A stretch of DNA of 50,999 nt, taken from assembly GCA_000934665.2 (NCBI GenBank), contig JYFJ02000720.1, positions 62,001 through 112,999 on the forward strand. Reading direction: 5' to 3'. Source of the DNA: Catajapyx aquilonaris. Its lineage: Eukaryota. Below the pieces are notes generated by a model that had not been told where the DNA came from, made no database searches, and saw only the letters and a program-made list of their open reading frames with translations. Shown one piece after another: positions 50,825 to 50,999 of this stretch (position 1 is the first letter of the stretch; every line of letters begins with the position of its first letter). The position numbers and the translations under genes are program-made.

Positions 50825-50999
50825 ATTTCACACTATTTTATTTCTTGTAAGAAGGCCTATTCGCCTATTGAAGTCTCAGAGAAAAAACCATGGCCCGAGG
50901 GTATTTCGTAACCGAAAGTCCGCCGCCATGTTTAGTCCCCCTTCACATAAACGCCTGGCAACAGAAACATGGCCGAAATAAAATGTAGCTGTACTTTTC

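Noticed and set aside
1..50999. CRISPR arrays, rRNA, snRNA, known conserved miRNAs, prokaryotic operons or viral genes
   Set aside because: I saw no regularly spaced repeats and no match to sequences I can recall. An Rfam/miRBase/BLASTX scan is needed to exclude divergent members.

Overview
This is eukaryotic, animal-type genomic DNA, probably from an invertebrate or arthropod (spliceosomal GT-AG introns, patchy CpG depletion, insect-style MITEs and Helitrons). I can identify one gene with confidence: a PLGRKT (plasminogen receptor KT / C9orf46-like) orthologue on the + strand. It has two coding exons (5595-5916 and 6167-6309, 154 aa) and a probable upstream non-coding exon. Two likely bidirectional promoters sit near 4.1 kb and 48.3 kb, each with short candidate first exons I cannot assign to a known gene. 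Between them, about 36 kb (12-48 kb) is CpG-rich and TAAT-rich, with no recognisable coding sequence. Mobile DNA includes an intact tRNA-derived SINE with a 16-bp TSD and two related non-autonomous Helitron-like elements. One of these carries a nested TA-flanked MITE and the other a long internal hairpin. There are also several short palindromic MITEs, mariner-like TIR remnants and a (TAG)23 microsatellite. Nearly all entries in the supplied ORF track look spurious. I saw no unambiguous new biological system. The best leads are a candidate alternative C-terminal exon of PLGRKT, the unassigned divergent first exons, and possibly undescribed SINE, Helitron and MITE families.
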